Part shown: positions 1-13,076 of the stretch, piece after piece
Position numbering within the stretch: the stretch's first letter is position 1
Layout of the letters: every line of letters starts with the position of its first letter
Origin: Thelocarpon superellum
Lineage: Eukaryota
Reading direction: 5' to 3'
NCBI GenBank assembly: GCA_026025795.1
Contig: JAPEUG010000082.1
Location: 1-53,124, forward strand
Length of the DNA: 53,124 nucleotides
Notes under the pieces: model-generated
What the model saw: the letters and a program-made list of their open reading frames with translations, nothing else
The model's database searches: none
Told to the model about the DNA's origin: nothing
Made by a program: the position numbers and the translations under genes

Positions 1-216
1 CGAGCCTGGGGATATGGCGGCCGTGGTAGACCTGTCGCTCTGGTTTGCGTTGGGATGGATGCACTTGTCGCCCCTGTAGAGTGCTGAGTGAGACCTTGCG
101 GCTGTAGATCGGACGAGGAGAGGTGACATACCTACGAGCAGGTCGAGAGCGGCGGCATTGAGATCCTCCAAAGAATTATCAACTTTCAACGGTGCTCGAC
201 ACCTCTGACAGTGCAT
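1..216 (-). CDS. ATG6: Beclin-1/Atg6/Vps30, 5' part only (runs off the window)
   Basis: Manual translation from ATG at 216: MHCQRCRAPLKVDNSLEDLNAAALDLLV, matching the fungal Atg6 N-terminus. GTATGT..TACAG intron at 131-74. Confidence 0.8.
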   Translation of the reverse strand, partial: MHCQRCRAPLKVDNSLEDLNAAALDLLVGMSPLLVRSTAARSHSALYRGDKCIHPNANQSDRSTTAAISPGS

Positions 217-595
217 GACTACCGCCGTCGTCTCGTACCACTCATGGCTCTATCAAGGAGCGGTGAAGTCTACCACTTTGCTGGAGCAAGAGGGTTCATG
301 ACTCGATCGGTTGAGCTCTTGTCACCTGCACCACGCTCGCCAGCTTACCTATCCTCGTACGAGATGTATGTGTGATAACTGATTATGTAAGCAGATGTGC
401 CGGTCGATCTCGCAATGTTATGTCCGGAGCGATAATGTCATCAGAAGGTCGAACGCGATCCTAGAGAACTTTCGTCGGTGATGTGGAGACATGTATGCTC
501 ATCTGTGCAACTTAGCCCTGATGCTCACCCCGTCCTTACATAGCTGGTCTTGTTCCAGCGTCGATGATTTCAGGGACAGCGTCTATGGGAGACTT

Positions 596-2099
596 CTACG
601 GTACTGCGTCCAACACATCGTCGAGATTTGAGTGACCATCGCCACCGACGTTGCCCACCTTGGCCCAGAATTTCGAGAGATGTCTGGTCCCTGAGTCACA
701 TAGGATCGTCACGACGGTGTGACCGGGCCCAAGGGCTCTTGCAGTCTTGACTGCTGCGACGCCTGCCAGGTCCGGTCAGCCATGTGTTGATGTTGATGGC
801 AGAGAGGGGGACTTACAGTTGACACAGCTACTGCTCCCGACGAAGATGCCATCCTTTTCGACCAGCCACCGGGCCATGGACAGAGCCTGTTGATCGTTGA
901 CTCGGACTGCATCGTCGATCAGCTCTCGACCCGCTTCCAAGTTCGCCGTCACCCGGTTGATGCCGATGCCTTCGACAATGCTGTCCACCTGATGCCGCCG
1001 CCTGGTGCCCTCTTTCTCAGTCGGATCAAACATGACCCCATACTTGATGCGGTTATAGAGTCCGCTCCCAGGGGGATCGGCGAGAACCACTCGCAAATGG
1101 GGTAAACGTGGCTTCAGGTATCGTGCTACCCCAGCGATGGTTCCACCGGTGCCGGCGCCGGCGACAAAGGCATCCACGTGGCCTGCGGTTTGGCGCCAGA
1201 TCTCTGGTCCAGTCCCGTCGAAATGAGCACGCCAATTGGCTTCGTTCTCGAATTGATCGGCGAAGAAGCCGCGACCGCTGCGCGAAGGATCCTCCGTCTG
1301 CTCGGCGGCGCGGGACCGAGCCTTGTTGACAAATTGATTTTGGTCGATTATCGGGGCCGGACGGACGCGCTCGACCTCAGCCCCAAGCTTCAGCAGGAGA
1401 TTGGATTTCTCCGTGGCTTGGTCGTCTGGCATGCAGCTGTATCCGATGAGTCTCCCGTCACGCGTGATGTGGCCAATGATCTCGACGATTCGAGACGTAC
1501 ATATGCGCCAGATAGCCCCTGGCTCTACACAACGTGGCCAATGAGATGCCCGTAGAGCCAACGGTGCCTTCATAGATCATGTCGCCGGAATGAGGAGTCA
1601 AGAAACCATCTCGCTCCGCCTGTGGACAAGTCAGGCTCCACGGCACCTCGATGTCAAGGAGACACAGTACCAGGTCAATGATGCTCAGAGCCACTCGGTC
1701 TTTCGGACTACCACCCGCTCCATTCATGAACTATGCACATTTTAGAGCGTCCCGTGACGGCAATGTGACACCATCTACCTCCGCTTTGGCCAAGATATTA
1801 CACCCAGTGGCGTCCGACAACGATCTGATCCTGATGAGGGGCGTATTGCCGATGCATCCTTCAATCCCCTCGACAATCTCTGGGATTGCCGTAGCTGGTG
1901 GAATGGGAATCGTATCGTCTACCAGCGAGACATTGGGGGCATTTACGGCAGGTGCTCCTGACGATGCAGTGTTTCGTGAAACGGGTCTCGCTCGGCGAAA
2001 ACGACGCTCGAGGTCTGGATACAGGTCTTTGAGCCCAAGGGTCAAGAGGACGCCGGCCACGAACGCCGCAGTAATCAAGAGCCCTTGCCGCTGTTCCAT
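596..2099 (-). CDS. Cysteine synthase-like PLP enzyme with N-terminal membrane anchor (multi-exon)
   Basis: Motifs [70 protein letters not shown] across ORFs 1731-2264, 1458-1727 and 776-1573. Stop TAG at 596-598. Confidence 0.9.
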
Positions 2100-2292
2100 G
2101 GACGGTGCAGGGTCGCGAAGGGTGCGGCTTGTGTGAGAGCTGGGCTGACTGATGCTTGGATGAAGCGACGATGTCTGACCTCGGTGCCGCAACCAGCCCA
2201 AGCGAGGAGCAACGCCGTTCCATGGTAATTGCGTCTGCTCCATCACACGTCTCCAGGAACACACACCTCACTCACCCTCAGCTGTCTGGCCG

Positions 2293-3918
2293 ATGGACTC
2301 ACCACTGGCCACCCGTATTTTCCGGCGTCTGTTTCGCCATCAGTATTGTCAAGCAGCCAAAGCTTCGTGCCGTCCGTCCATCCTGTCCCCATCCTCGTCT
2401 CGGACCCATCGACGCAGCATCTCCAATGGCAGCCATCAGAGCCATGCCGACCCGGCCGGGCGGGAAAGCCACTGGCAGCAACGGACCGACATCCTCCCCG
2501 AAGACAAGTCCGAGGAGTACCGGCGGTATCCCATGGTCACAGCCGACCAATTGCGCAGTCGTCGCGAGCGGCCCAAGCGGGTGAAGATGCTCGTACGAGA
2601 CTTCATCGACGGTTGGACGCCTGCCGCTCGCGGGAAAGCGACAAGCTGACAGGAGGTGTTGCAGACAGTCTCTATAATCCGTCGTACGGGTATTTCAGCA
2701 AACAAGCCGTCATCTTTACCCCGGGCGCCCCCTTTGCGTTCAACGAGATGAGGGACGAGCCGGCATTCCACGCCGAGCTCTCCTCCCGGTACACGGCGTT
2801 TGAAGATGCACTGGATGCAAAGACACCAAGTGACACGCGGCAGCTGTGGCACACGCCGACGGAGCTCTTCCGTCCACATTACGGGGAAGCCATCGCACGG
2901 TATCTGGTGTCGAACTATAAGCTCTCATTGTACCCCTACCACGATCTCATCATCTACGAGCTCGGCGCAGGCAACGGCACGCTGATGCTCAACATTCTGG
3001 ATTACATCCGTGACACCGACCCATCCGTATATGCGCGTACGCAATTCCGCATTATCGAGATCTCGCATGCCCTGGCTTCGATCCAGTCCTCGACGCTCAC
3101 GACCAACGCTCGGTCGCGGGGCCATCTCGACAAAGTCCAGATCATCAACCGATCTATCTTCGACTGGGACACATACGTGCCGTCGCCGTGTTTCTTTCTG
3201 GCGCTTGAGGTATTTGACAACTTTGCGCACGACAGCATTCGCTATGATCCGACCACGGGCCAGCCGCTGCAAGGCAGCGTTTTGATCGACTCGGCCGGGG
3301 ACTTTTACGAATTCTACTCGGCCACGCTCGATCCCCTTGCGGCGCACTATCTCCGGGCGCGAGCCACGGCGGTCACGATGCCGTATCCGCATCCAGTGTA
3401 CAGCACGCCTGCCATCTTCCGCTTCCTGCGCTCCTGTCTCCCGTTCACGCCCAATCTGAGCACCCCCGAATTCATCCCCACCCGCCTGCTGCAATTCTTC
3501 GAGATCCTCGCCGCCTACTTCCCGGCCCACCGTCTCGTGTCCAGTGACTTTCACTCACTTCCTGACGCCATCGCCGGGATCAACGCTCCCGTGGTCCAGA
3601 CCCGATACCAACGCCGTACCGTGCCAGTCAGCACACCGTTTGTGCGTTTCGCCTTCTCTCTCCCAGCTCCTCTGTGCGCACAGATGAACAGACTGACGCG
3701 TGAAACAGGTAGAACAAGGCTACTTTGACATCCTCTTCCCGACACCATTCACGCAGATCGAGCCCCTCTATCGCGCAGTGACGGGGAAACTAACGCGAGT
3801 GCTCTCGCAAGAGGACTTTCTGCGTCGTTGGGCCCTTGTCCATGATACGGAGACGCGTAGTGGTGAGAATCCTATGTTGTCATGGTATCGCAATGCTAGT
3901 GTTTTGACTACATTGTGA
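2293..3918 (+). CDS. Mitochondrial SAM-dependent methyltransferase, MidA/NDUFAF7 family
   Basis: KMLVRDFID/DSLYNPSYGYFSK, TPTELFRPHYGEAIA, IYELGAGNGT, ALEVFDNF, QGYFDILFPT. Introns near 2611-2663 and 3642-3708. Confidence 0.85.
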
Positions 3919-4556
3919 GCATGAGTTTGTTCAGTCGAGTCGGGGCTGTAGGTGGATAGTGAATGGAGATGACGAGGAGGGGGGAGGGAGGAGGAAGGTG
4001 GATGGTAGATGGGCAGCAGTCGGTTAGAGAGTCAACTAATTATGCCCTTTCTATCCCCTCATTTACCAGTCACTGTTCAACTATTCACCGAGTCGCATGT
4101 ATGCCTGCTGAAGGCGCACTGGACGCGCATCTTCCGGAGGCACATGCGCACGGCCAGGGGAAATGGAGGTGAAGGGATGGAAAGGAAAGGGAAGAGAAGG
4201 GGAAGCAAGGGCTCGCCTCTTGGTCTCCCTATGCTCATCCTCGTGGGCCCACGTCCTCGCTTCCGGATGCGTGTCCCGTATGCCGTAGTCATCCCGTATC
4301 TCGATGTTTCCGCATTCGCATCTTGTTCTTTTTGATGGACAAGTACGCCCTTACGCCCCATTCGTGGCAAAAATCTTGTAGTCGTCATGGAGAGAGTGAG
4401 AGGGAGGAGGATGAGGAGGATGGAAAAGTACAGGAGGTTGAGCACAAGGCGCATGTGATGTGGGCCATGTGGGCCAGGAGGGCCAGGGACATGCTGCGGT
4501 CATGATGGGTCATGATTTGGGTCGGGCGAGACGAGGGTCGGCTCATCGCTTCGTAA

Positions 4557-5623
4557 TCAGGAGAACTGCATGGAGCTTGATCAGATGTTGCGGTCTGCAG
4601 AGGAGCCATTCCAACTCACCTTCCACCGGTTCCCACAGATTTGACACTCGCAAAATGTCGTCATGGGCTCGTCGGCGCTACGTGTCTGTGCCTGGCTGTA
4701 GCTGACTTTCTTCTGGCCGCACTTGCCGCACACAAAGGCGGTGGAGATGCTGCGCTCGGCCTTGGGCACCATGGCGTCCTTCATGTTGGCCTCCTGGAGA
4801 CGCTGGTCTTCCGCCCGCCGCTCCGCCGACTTGAGCTCGTCGTGCGTCATCACCACCAGGCGCTCGGCGGAGATCTCGCCCGAGATCACCCGCTCTCGTA
4901 GCTCCGAGTTGGATTTGTTCTTGAGATTCTGAAAGAGCGCGCGCATCTTGTTCTTGTACGCGCTTTCTGTCTCCGGCCCGTACTCCGTCATCGCCGCCCG
5001 TTCGATGTCGATGGCCCGCTTGAGCACGACGGTGGGCGCTGTCAGGAGCGCGTTAGATCCAACAATACCGGACCAGGGCAGCTTCGATACGTACTGGCCA
5101 CAGTGCAGTATGCGATGCCGTCATACAGCAAGCCCAGACAGTTGTCCCTGGTGGTATTGCTCGTTCGTTTGACGTCGACCTTGTCCTTCTTCCAGTTGCG
5201 CTGGTCCGGAGGCACGGTGGACTTGCCCTCCGAGGCCGCAGTAGAGGTCCCATTTGCTGCCGCCGCGTCCCCGTTGGACGACTTGGGGGGCGTCGTTGCC
5301 GCCTTCTTCATCCCGGCCTTGGGCTTGTTCACGTCATCCCGCCATTTCGACACGATCTCGCTGGCCAGGCGCGCAACCTCTTTGTCGGCGTGCTGCTTTT
5401 GTCGGTTGACGGCCACTCCAACCTTGGTCGACTGGGACGCTGCTATTAGCCGGGAAGTGGGCGAAGGGGTGGGGTCGTTGGAGCTCACGCGCAGGAGATC
5501 TTCCGTAGGTTGTACGCCCTTTTTGAGCGACTGTAGGATGGTGAGGATATTGGAGGCGGGTTCACCGCCAGCAGCAGCTTTGTTGAGCGATCGCACACTA
5601 GCAGCAATTTCTTTGGCGTCCAT
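4557..5623 (-). CDS. DST1: Transcription elongation factor TFIIS
   Basis: C-terminal zinc ribbon CGKCGQKKVSYSQAQTRSADEPMTTFCECQICGNRWK followed by a short FS* exon. N-terminal TFIIS domain from MDAKEI. Confidence 0.95.
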
Positions 5624-6226
5624 GTTGAGGAAATCAGACTGGTGGTGGAGCCAGAAAGAGAAGAGGGACAAAGGTCTGTGGTCGCTGGGTGGTGAGCGAG
5701 GAAGGATCAGCGAATGACCGAGCGAAGTCACCCGCTCGACGTGGCAGGGTCAACGTAAGTCCTCACGAGCCAACGAAGCCAAGTCGGACATGGGTGGGAC
5801 TACGGACAATCCAGCTGAAGGGATCAGTGAATCGCTCTTCATCGGGTGACGAAAGGGACGCTGGCGTCTGCCGCTGCCGCCACCGCCGCCGCCAGCGACA
5901 CCAGCTGGCGCGCCTCGGTTGCCACCGGCCGTTGTTTCCTTGATGAGCGCGCACCAGCACCAGCACATGTACGTATCGATGTGTCCCACCGCATCCCGTG
6001 GCACCCCTGTCACCTGTACTGGGGTGATTCAAACGTTGCCGTCGCTAGGTTTGTCACCGCGCTTGCTGATACGTGGTCTTTGCTGGTAGACAATCGCCTG
6101 AGTGTTTACATTCAATCCAAGCTGCCGTTTCTGTATGCTAAACTCATCCAACGCTCCGCTAAGTATGCGAAAGAACCCAGCCGCTGGTCAAGGACGCACC
6201 ACGCACCGCAGGGGTCATGACAGCAC

Positions 6227-7359
6227 TTATGATGGAGCATCATGCTGACCCTCCCTGCGAAGGCCTTCTTCCTCCCCATGAGTGCCCTCTTCCACCCCAC
6301 GCTGTCCCTTGGCCGCGTCCGCGTGCTTGGCGGGATCGAAGACGTAGATGGGGAATTCGAGGAAGATGGTCCGCTTGAGAATGGTGGGTAGCGGAGCGTA
6401 CAGCGGCGGAGGGAAGGGGATCAGGATGCTGGTGCGTTGGAGGTATCGCGAGTACGCCTCCCATCCGTTCCCGCTCTCGTATCGCTTCTTCGCACCCGGC
6501 CGTTCCGAGAGGGGAAGGCCCGACACAAACATGAGCAGCACGGTGAGGAAGATGGGCCCGACGATGGTGGCATACAGCGCTCGGAAGGCCTGTCCGCCCA
6601 CGTATCCGTCCGCGGCGGGGGAGACGGCAATCATGAAGATCGCTGGGGCAGGACAGTCAGCCGACGAGTCCACAAGAGGATCAGAATACCCTACCGAACT
6701 GGATGATGATCTCTCCAAAGTAGTTGGGGTGTCGGCTCCACGCGAAAAAACCAACGTCACACACGACGCCCTTCTTGGAGGGGTCGCTGCGGAAACGGTA
6801 CTTCTGCACGTCCGAAACACTCTCCATCACCAGACCGATGGCGTACAGGATGACGCCGGCGATGTCTCGCCCCGTGCCAAACGCCGGCTGGGGGTACTGC
6901 GTCACATTGGGCGAATTGAGCACCGTCACTGGCAACGAGACGACCCATACCCACACCATCTGGAAAACCCAGAAGCCCAGGAATTTGAAGAAGTCGTTCC
7001 GCTTGTCGTCGAAGCGATCATCCTTGCCCGTCTTGAGGATGCGAAAGAGCAGGAAGCCAGAGAGACGCGCGCCCCAGACCATGATGAAGAGCGACGCCAC
7101 GATTTGGCGCGCATGGTGATGGCCGCTGAACGCGAGGGTGATGACTGCGAGCACGATGAAATTCGTTCCGCCCGCAAAGTCTGCGTGCGCCCACGAGCAT
7201 TAGCATCGTGGACTTGAGGGGCGATCCCAATCATCGCCTACCCGTGAGCTTATCAAACTTGAAGGAGAAGGCGATGGAGAAGAAGAAAAGTTGATAGGCG
7301 ACGGTGATCAACAATGTGATGGCCAGGTAGTAACGGTCGAGCACGTACACTTCCGCCAT
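6227..7359 (-). CDS. DUF1295 / steroid 5-alpha-reductase-like membrane protein
   Basis: MAEVYVLDRYYLAITLL start, FKFDKLT, FRILKTGKDDRFD, WSRHPNYFGE, FVSGLPLSE, YLQRTSILIP. Confidence 0.85.
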
Positions 7360-8916
7360 CATGGGCGTAGGTGTGGATGCAATCCTGGGCCAAAGTGAAG
7401 CGGTGTTGATGTTGGCGCTCGCAAAGCGTTCGGTAGAGAGTACATTATGCTTGTGATGACGCGGGCGCCGCTTACTCGGAGGGCCGCCCGCTCCGTCGCT
7501 CCGTCGCTCCGTCGTCCGCTTGTTGCCGCTTGATTTGGCGAGGCGATCGGAGCTCCGGCGATCCTCCGCCGTCGATGACGCAGTCGACAGAGCATGACCC
7601 GGACCGGGGTGCTGAGTCAGCTAGACGTTGCGCCAATCTGTCTTTACCTCCGAGCCGCGATGAGCCTTCAACAATGCATGTGGCGATCCGTCGCAAGGGA
7701 AGGGTGGATCCCTTCGTTAATCGCCCTTCTGGACACCGGTTCGATCTTAGAGTCCCTGCACCTTCTCAGAATCTTCACGTGAGCGATGTATTGGGGAGGC
7801 AACAGAGCTCCACTACCACCACGATCGCGACGGACCAATTTGGTGTGGTAAGCGCAAGGGGGTGCGCACAAAGGTAGCATGCACCCGTAGTAATGACAAC
7901 GACGCCCAGGGATAACCGCCCTAACAAATGGTCTCATTCGATTTTCTACAATCCGTGCGAAGCAATATGCCTTCCCATCAAACGAACATTCGGTGGGAAG
8001 GGGGAATGGCTGCATCTACCTCCACCAGCCGTGCACCCACGGCTGGTCATCTCCGTCCGAACCTTGGGCAGGGGGCAGGTGGCGCGGTCGTGGGCACCAA
8101 ACCATCAATCATGCTGATTCCACGGTCTCGGCCAAATGAAGTCCACAATCGCCATCACTCCTCAATCAAATGATGCCGTGATGACCTCCCTCCGCAAAGG
8201 GAGCACCGAGCCCAGACCGCTGGCCGCTCATTCGTTGTGGGGGCAGGTGAAACTGGAGTCGCTTAGCGACGACGCTGGTGATACGTGGGCCGGACTTTGG
8301 GCCCGGCCATTGGCTCCCTCGCTCGATCTGCCGGGGCGTGGACCCCCGGCCACATTCAACGGTAGAGGACATCAGACCGACCTGAGACCCTTGGCTACCC
8401 GTATTCTGTCACTTGGATCGTCGCACGGTCCGCGCCTAGTGAGCGACCCCAGTGGCAAGCAACGTCCAGATACACCCACCCGGCGCATCGTCAGTGCTCT
8501 GCGGGCCCAGTGCCACGCTCCTGCAATGCATCTGCGACCCCCCGCCTGAACCCTGACCTCGTTGGCCCTTTCATCAGCCTTCCCAGCGACGCCGAGATGG
8601 CGGCGATCGACGCATCTGCGGCAAGGCTTTATCTGGCCGCCCCGCCGCCGACCTGCTCCCCGACCGGAGGACTGGAACGTGGAAGCATCCCTTGGGCGAT
8701 CTGTCACTCTTTTCCTGCAGTCCATGCACCGTGCACCACTGTCGCTATTTCCGGTCCCATCGTCTTTTCTCCACCACGTCTGAGTGGAGCTGGTCTTCTC
8801 GTCCTTCTTCCTCTTCCATCACCCGTCGCTCGTTGTTTCCTTCACCGTTGGCAAAGAGCACCTCTTTGCTCTCCCCCCTCCGCCAGTCCTGGCCGTTCCC
8901 TTTCTTCCTCGCCGTC

Positions 8917-10792
8917 ATGAGGGCCGTGACGACGCTCCTGCTACGGCTACTCCTCTTGCTCGCGGCGTCATCCTTGCCGAGCCTGGTCGAGGTAGGTCGC
9001 CCATCTCGAGACCACGTCCGCGTTGCTTGCTCCCACTTACATTCACATGGGCTCAGGCTCAGGCTCAAGCCCAGGCTCAGGCTGCTGCCGGGGCTGCCGC
9101 CATGCCGGCTACGGGCCCGGACGTCGACCAAAATGCTGGGAACATGGCTGCGGCCGCTCCGAGCATGGCTGCAGCCGCGGCGAACATGCCCGCGGCTCCC
9201 GCCCAAGCAATGCCCGCAAACCCGGGCCCGGCCATGGGTCAGAACATGCCGGCAGGAGAAGAAAACTGCACCAGTATGAGCGGCATGACCGGTCCCATGG
9301 CTGCCGCGGCTCCTACCTCGCCGCCGGCGGCAGCGCAGCCGCAGCCGCAACCGCAGCCGGCCGCCATGTCTGGATACTACGCGAAGCCACAGCCACAGCC
9401 ACAGCCACAACAGCAGCCGGCGCAACCGCAGCCAGCGCAACCACAAAACTACATGACGACCATGACGATGTACCAGTATGTACTCCAACGGGCGAGTCCA
9501 CCGTTTTCCTCTAATCCGTGTTAGGATATCGACGGAGTACATGACCCAGATGCAATATCAGCAAATCACCATGCATGACACATATACACAGACCCAGACC
9601 GTCACCACTACCGTCAGCTCGGTGTGCCCTGTTCAATCCGTAAGTTTCGTCCGTCCGTCCGTCCGCCACGACGGAACACGCTGATTCTGACTCCTACCAG
9701 CCCTCCCTGCCCAGCCCAGCACCCGCCGACCCGTCGCCCTCACCAGCTTCGGCACAACCCACCTGCCCGACGAGCGGGTGCGCGCAGCCAGCGCCGTCAC
9801 CATCGCCGACCTGTACCACAAATTGTCCGTCGGAGATACAAACGACGTCATGTTCACAAAACTGCTCCCAGCCTGAACCGACGCCGGAGCCGGATCCGTC
9901 ACCGTCCCCCGCACCGTCCCCACCATGCACGACGAACTGTCCGTCCCCAGCGCCGGCCTCTTCGCCACCTTGCACAACAAACTGTCCGTCCCCAGCGCCG
10001 GCCTCTTCGCCACCTTGCACAACAAACTGTCCGTCGCCTTCACCCTCTCCGGCTTGTACGTCGAATTGCCCGGCGCCATCATCGTCCGCCGCATGCACGT
10101 CAAACTGCGACACGTCGGCCGAGCCGTCGCCGACCTCTTCTCCGCAGCCAGAAGCGTCGTCGTGCAATTGTCAGTGCAACTGCCCGATGAACCCGTGGGC
10201 CAATATGCCGCCGCCGCCCAGCAGCCCGCAGTGCGGCGCCATGCCGCAGAATCCTATGATGCCGTATAACATGGGCGGCATGAACTCGAGCAACTACAAT
10301 CCCCCGTACGCCAGCGGTGCCGGAGCAGGCCAAGGCGGATCGGCCTCTACTGGACCTCCGTATGCACCTCCGCCGAGCTCGCCAACGGGAGGTTCGCAAT
10401 ACGGCGGCGGCACTGGGGATCCCAACAACCCGGACAACGCGGCCGCAGCGGGCGCGGCTGGCAACTCAGTCAAGCCAAGTCCGGACAATGGAGCGAATGA
10501 CGGACTAGCGGCAGCGCTCTCGCACTTCCAGAACGCAGCGACGACGACCATGACCAACACTACCGTCACGGCCAATCCGTCGGGCGGATCCGATGGCAAG
10601 CCGCCCGGGGCCGTCAACGCCGTGGCACCTACACCCACCACGACGTCCACATCGAGCTCATCATCTACGACGTCCACGAGCTCGAGCTCGAGCTCGACCA
10701 CATCGTCACCGTCATCGATCAGCTCCGGCAGCTACGTGAGCTCCTTGACGTTGAAGCTCGGCGCGCGAGCCGCCTTGCCGACCTCTCCGTGA
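8917..10792 (+). CDS. Secreted/cell-surface low-complexity protein (~566 aa) with C-x3-C (CTTNC) repeats
   Basis: Signal peptide MRAVTTLLLRLLLLLAASSLPSLVEA. Three GT-AG introns (8992-9056, 9476-9524, 9640-9700) join into one frame. Ala/Pro/Gln/Met-, Ser/Pro/Cys- and Ser/Thr-rich segments. Confidence 0.7.
9936..10035 (+). repeat. 45-bp coding tandem repeat (about 2.2 copies; CPSPAPASSPPCTTN)
   Basis: ACTGTCCGTC restarts at 9936, 9981 and 10026. Confidence 0.9.
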
Positions 10793-10831
10793 TGCGAGAC
10801 GCGGGACGCGGGACGCGGGACGCGGGACGCG
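10793..10831. repeat. 7-bp minisatellite (GGGACGC)n
   Basis: Directly visible just after the stop codon. Confidence 0.8.
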
Positions 10832-11443
10832 CAGTAATGCCATTTTTGCATATATTGGGTATTCTGGTTCCTTCCGAGACATCTGCATGGGACATTGGCG
10901 TTGGGTGGGCCGGGGGAAGGTAACAACGTCACGGCGGCTGGCCCCTGCCCCTCCGGCTAGATTTGGAAATTGGGCGGCGGTTCCATTGGGGGTTTCTTCA
11001 CACACACCAAACACCAAACATACCCTCACTCTCGCGCTCGTCACTACCACCACCACCACCACCGCATACCCACATGCTTGTATACGGTTTACTAATTGGG
11101 CAATCTCTGGCCCCAATCAACTCTACAGCAGGACTGTCGCTTCAGGTGTAGACCACCCATTACCAAAAAATCTATCTTCGTTTAATCTCGTCACTGGCCC
11201 CGTCACTGGCCCCGTCAGTGTCTCCCCACATGCCGTACTACGTATTTCCGCGTGCCAGTCGTAGTCCATCGGCTTGCGCGACTGGGGTGCCCAACGTCAT
11301 GCTGGGGGACAATGCATCCTGGACGTTGAGCGCTTGACGTTGACGTGTGCTGCCTTTTACGAGTAGGTCTTTGGAAGAGAGGAGAGGGGCGGGGAGGGGG
11401 ATTGATCACTCTTCCTCTGCCTCCGCGCTGGGTGGCCCCGGCC

Positions 11444-12481
11444 CTAGCTCTTGTTGGATTTCGCGCTCGCCACACGCGCCTTCTTGGCTTGTCGTTTCGA
11501 CTGCTGGACTGGCTTTGGTCCGGGTCCCGGTCCCGTGGTTCCTGGGGTCTTGCTCTCCGCGCTCGCGCCGGCCTCGTCGTCCTTCTGGCTCTGGGCGTCG
11601 TCCAGCTTCCGCTTGGCTGCAGGCCGGGCGGAGGGGGAGGGCAGGGGCGGCAGATCGCCGCCGTCTACAACGTCCACGACGCCCCGCCAGCTCGTGCGCC
11701 GCATGTCGGCCAGCACGACCGTGGCGCGGGCCTCCGTCTCGATTGCTTGGCGCGCCCGGTCCGTGCTCAGGCCCCAGACCGTCGCGAGATTGATCACGTC
11801 AATGGGCGCGCGTAGCCCGACGGCCGTGGGCGCCTCGGAGCTGAGCACGATGCCGCGGCCGCGGGTGGCGCGGATCAGCTGCGTAGCGTTGCTGATCAGG
11901 TTCCGCCGGGCCGCCGTGTCCGTGGCCAGGATGCTCGGGGCGTAGCAGATCTCGAAGCGGATCCCGCGGGCCGTGGCGGCGCGGCACAGCGAGTGTTTGA
12001 AGTGGTATGGGTGTCGCACGGTCATATCCAGCGAGATGAGCCCCACTGGGTCCAGATGCTGGCAGGCCTGCTGGAGGGCGGCGGCCGTAGTGGGTCGTAC
12101 GGCCAGCAGGTCATAGTGCGAGGACAGTGTGGATAGTCGGTGATTCTGCGAGGGGTCGGAGAGGGTGAAGGTGCAGCGTCGGATGAGACGGAGCGACGCC
12201 GGCGCCGGTGGACTGAGTATCTTGGGGATCGGGCATGCCTGGCTCACATCAGCCCGGACACGGCCATGAAGATTTGGTCCACCTGGACAATTACCACGTC
12301 GGCCGGCAGCTTGCCCGCCAGCGTATGGTTCAAGCCCACGACCTGGTATCCTACTGTCGATCGTCAACGGTCACGGCTTCCATGCCTGCAGGTGGCCCGT
12401 CTCACATTCCGCCGCGAACGCGAGGGTCCTCGGTAAGGTGACGTCGTTCGGCGCCCAGGGCAGGTTAAGGTCATAAAACAT
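11444..12481 (-). CDS. RPP1: RNase P/MRP subunit p30
   Basis: MFYDLNLPW start, LIRRCTFTL, YDLLAVRPTT, GIRFEICY, RRNLISNATQLIRATRGRGIVLSSEA, LRAPIDVINLATVWGL. Confidence 0.92.
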
Positions 12482-12803
12482 GGGGGCGCATACTACCAAC
12501 GTAGTAAGGTAGAAAGCATGCAACAGAGTGAAAGTCCACTCGAGGCTCTGATCTGAGTCTGGCAATGTCCTGGGAAGCGTGGGAGGGGGTCGTAGTCAGC
12601 CAGATTTGGACTCGCGTACGCTCCATAGTGTGGAGGCTCCATACGGGAGCTCGAGGCTTTTGACTAAGCTGCCTCACGTGACCCACCCTAGCTGCATATT
12701 AGAACGACGGATAGCTTTCGTAGAATAGACCACCCATCTCCAGTCGATTGTTGGGGTGCGTCAGTACCAAACACGAATGAAAGGGACTTTGTGAAATACC
12801 GGC

Positions 12804-13060
12804 TGTGATGACGAAGGCCTACAGCTAGGCGGAAACAGTAGATGTAGTCAATGGAGTTGACCCTGTGGCTCCTAGGGCTCATAGACCTATGACTAGCCTC
12901 CTTGTGTTACTTGAGTTGAACACTGGGGCTCTGCTAGCTCACAGCAGGACTTGGTTTATATACAGTGTGCCAGGTCACATGCTGTATCATGTGACCATCA
13001 CATAGCCATCACATGATCACTCCTATCCTTGTGGCAAGGTGTGGAGCTCCTGGCCTCACA
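12804..13060 (-). repeat. 3' LTR (257 bp)
   Basis: Aligns without gaps to 19567-19823 with 11 differences by manual count, all transitions. Confidence 0.95.
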
Positions 13061-13063
13061 ATT

Positions 13064-13076
13064 ACCCCCTTCCTTA
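13064..13076 (-). other. Polypurine tract
   Basis: Minus strand reads AAGGAAGGGGGT a few nt upstream of the 3' LTR TG. Confidence 0.8.

Noticed and set aside
6348..7217. 289-aa plus-strand ORF and similar long antisense ORFs over SSB1, the MFS gene and ZRC1
   Set aside because: Shadow ORFs produced by GC-rich codon usage of the real gene on the opposite strand.
9936..10035. Regularly spaced direct repeats resembling a CRISPR array
   Set aside because: No unique spacers; it is a coding tandem repeat in a eukaryotic gene.
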